Shown here: positions 63,281-64,000 of the stretch, piece by piece | Position numbering within the stretch: the stretch's first letter is position 1 | Layout: each line of letters begins with the position of its first letter | Assembly (NCBI GenBank): GCA_043228905.1 | Contig: JBHGNT010000004.1 | Location: 4,092,001-4,156,000, forward strand | Direction: 5' to 3' | Source of the DNA: Azolla caroliniana | Lineage: Eukaryota; Plantae; Polypodiophyta | Length of the DNA: 64,000 nt | Program-made: the position numbers and the translations under genes | Notes under the pieces: model-generated | The model's input: only the letters and a program-made list of their open reading frames with translations | Databases searched by the model: none | Told to the model about the DNA's origin: nothing

Positions 63281-64000
63281 GTCTCTATATAGATGAGGTA
63301 TCACATTACATTGAGAGATTCAAGGGTTCCGGAGCACGCCTAGCAGGTATAGCTATACAAATATTACTATATGCTGATGACATTGTGCTGATTTCTGACT
63401 CTCCTGAGGGACTACAAAGACATCTAAATGCCTGAAAACTATTTTGTACGGACAAAGGTTTGTCAACAACATGGACAAAACTAAAGTGATGGTGTTTAAC
63501 ACCACTCAAGCATGGGTAACAAGATCAGAACCAGAATTCTTCTTGGGAGAGGAAAAGGTAGAATACACACGCTCCTACACATACCTAGGAGTAACATTTA
63601 CAGGACCTAGGTTCTCCTTACAGGAAGCTGCTTGTGCCCAACTTTCTCGTGGATATGCAGCCCTTGGTGCTCTCGAGAGACAATGTGCACATCTGCAGTT
63701 CCAAGAGCCACGGACTAAGCTATGGTTATTTGATACACTTGTCACACCAACTCTTCTCTATGGAATAGAAACATGGGGACCGAGTCTTAACAAGGCAAAT
63801 CATTGGAAAGATTTAGAGAGACCTTTAGTGTCAATGATTGCTTGCATGATAAGGAGCAAAGCATTGGTGCCCCACGATATAATCCGGGCAGAGATGGGAG
63901 CAGCACCTATAATAACCGAGGCATTGTTCTGATCAGTGACATTTATCCAATGTCTTTGGGAGCTACCTAAACGAAGGTACCCAAGGTTGGCACTTATGTC
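63280..64000 (+). mobile_element. 5'-truncated LINE RT fragment related to the element at 8687-10357; runs off the window
   Basis: LLYADDIVLISDSPEGLQRHLNA*...DKTKVMVF...YTYLGV...LFDTLVTPTLLYG.ETWG...SKALVPHDIIRAEMG. It begins next to a (TC)n tract at ~63240-63277. Confidence 0.9.

Overview
Eukaryotic land-plant nuclear DNA with GT-AG introns, microsatellites, nested transposon debris and one 100-N scaffold gap. The long PLS-class PPR gene and the TE types suggest a fern or other non-seed plant, but this is inference only. Seven host genes were reconstructed by hand: DPB4/POLE3 (-, 3 exons), an SLC35F/EamA transporter (+, 8 exons), a plastid omega-3 desaturase FAD7/8 (-, 8 exons), a PLS-E PPR protein (-, single exon), RRP1/Nop52-like (+, single coding exon), a GHSxG lipase (-, 9 exons) and the first 7 exons of a peroxisomal-type ABCD transporter (+, incomplete in this window). 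Intergenic DNA holds a gypsy remnant with an extra ORF, a nested hAT/solo-LTR/LINE/copia/copia stack, an orphan RabGAP exon, a psbB+psaB plastid-DNA patchwork, a decayed multi-exon unknown gene, and a dispersed element made of two convergent tRNA-like heads. I found no clear novel multi-gene system. The best leads are the double tRNA-head element, the repeat array in front of the PPR gene, the non-CTS-type ABCD and the RTE-X-like LINE family. All family assignments come from recalled motifs, not database searches.
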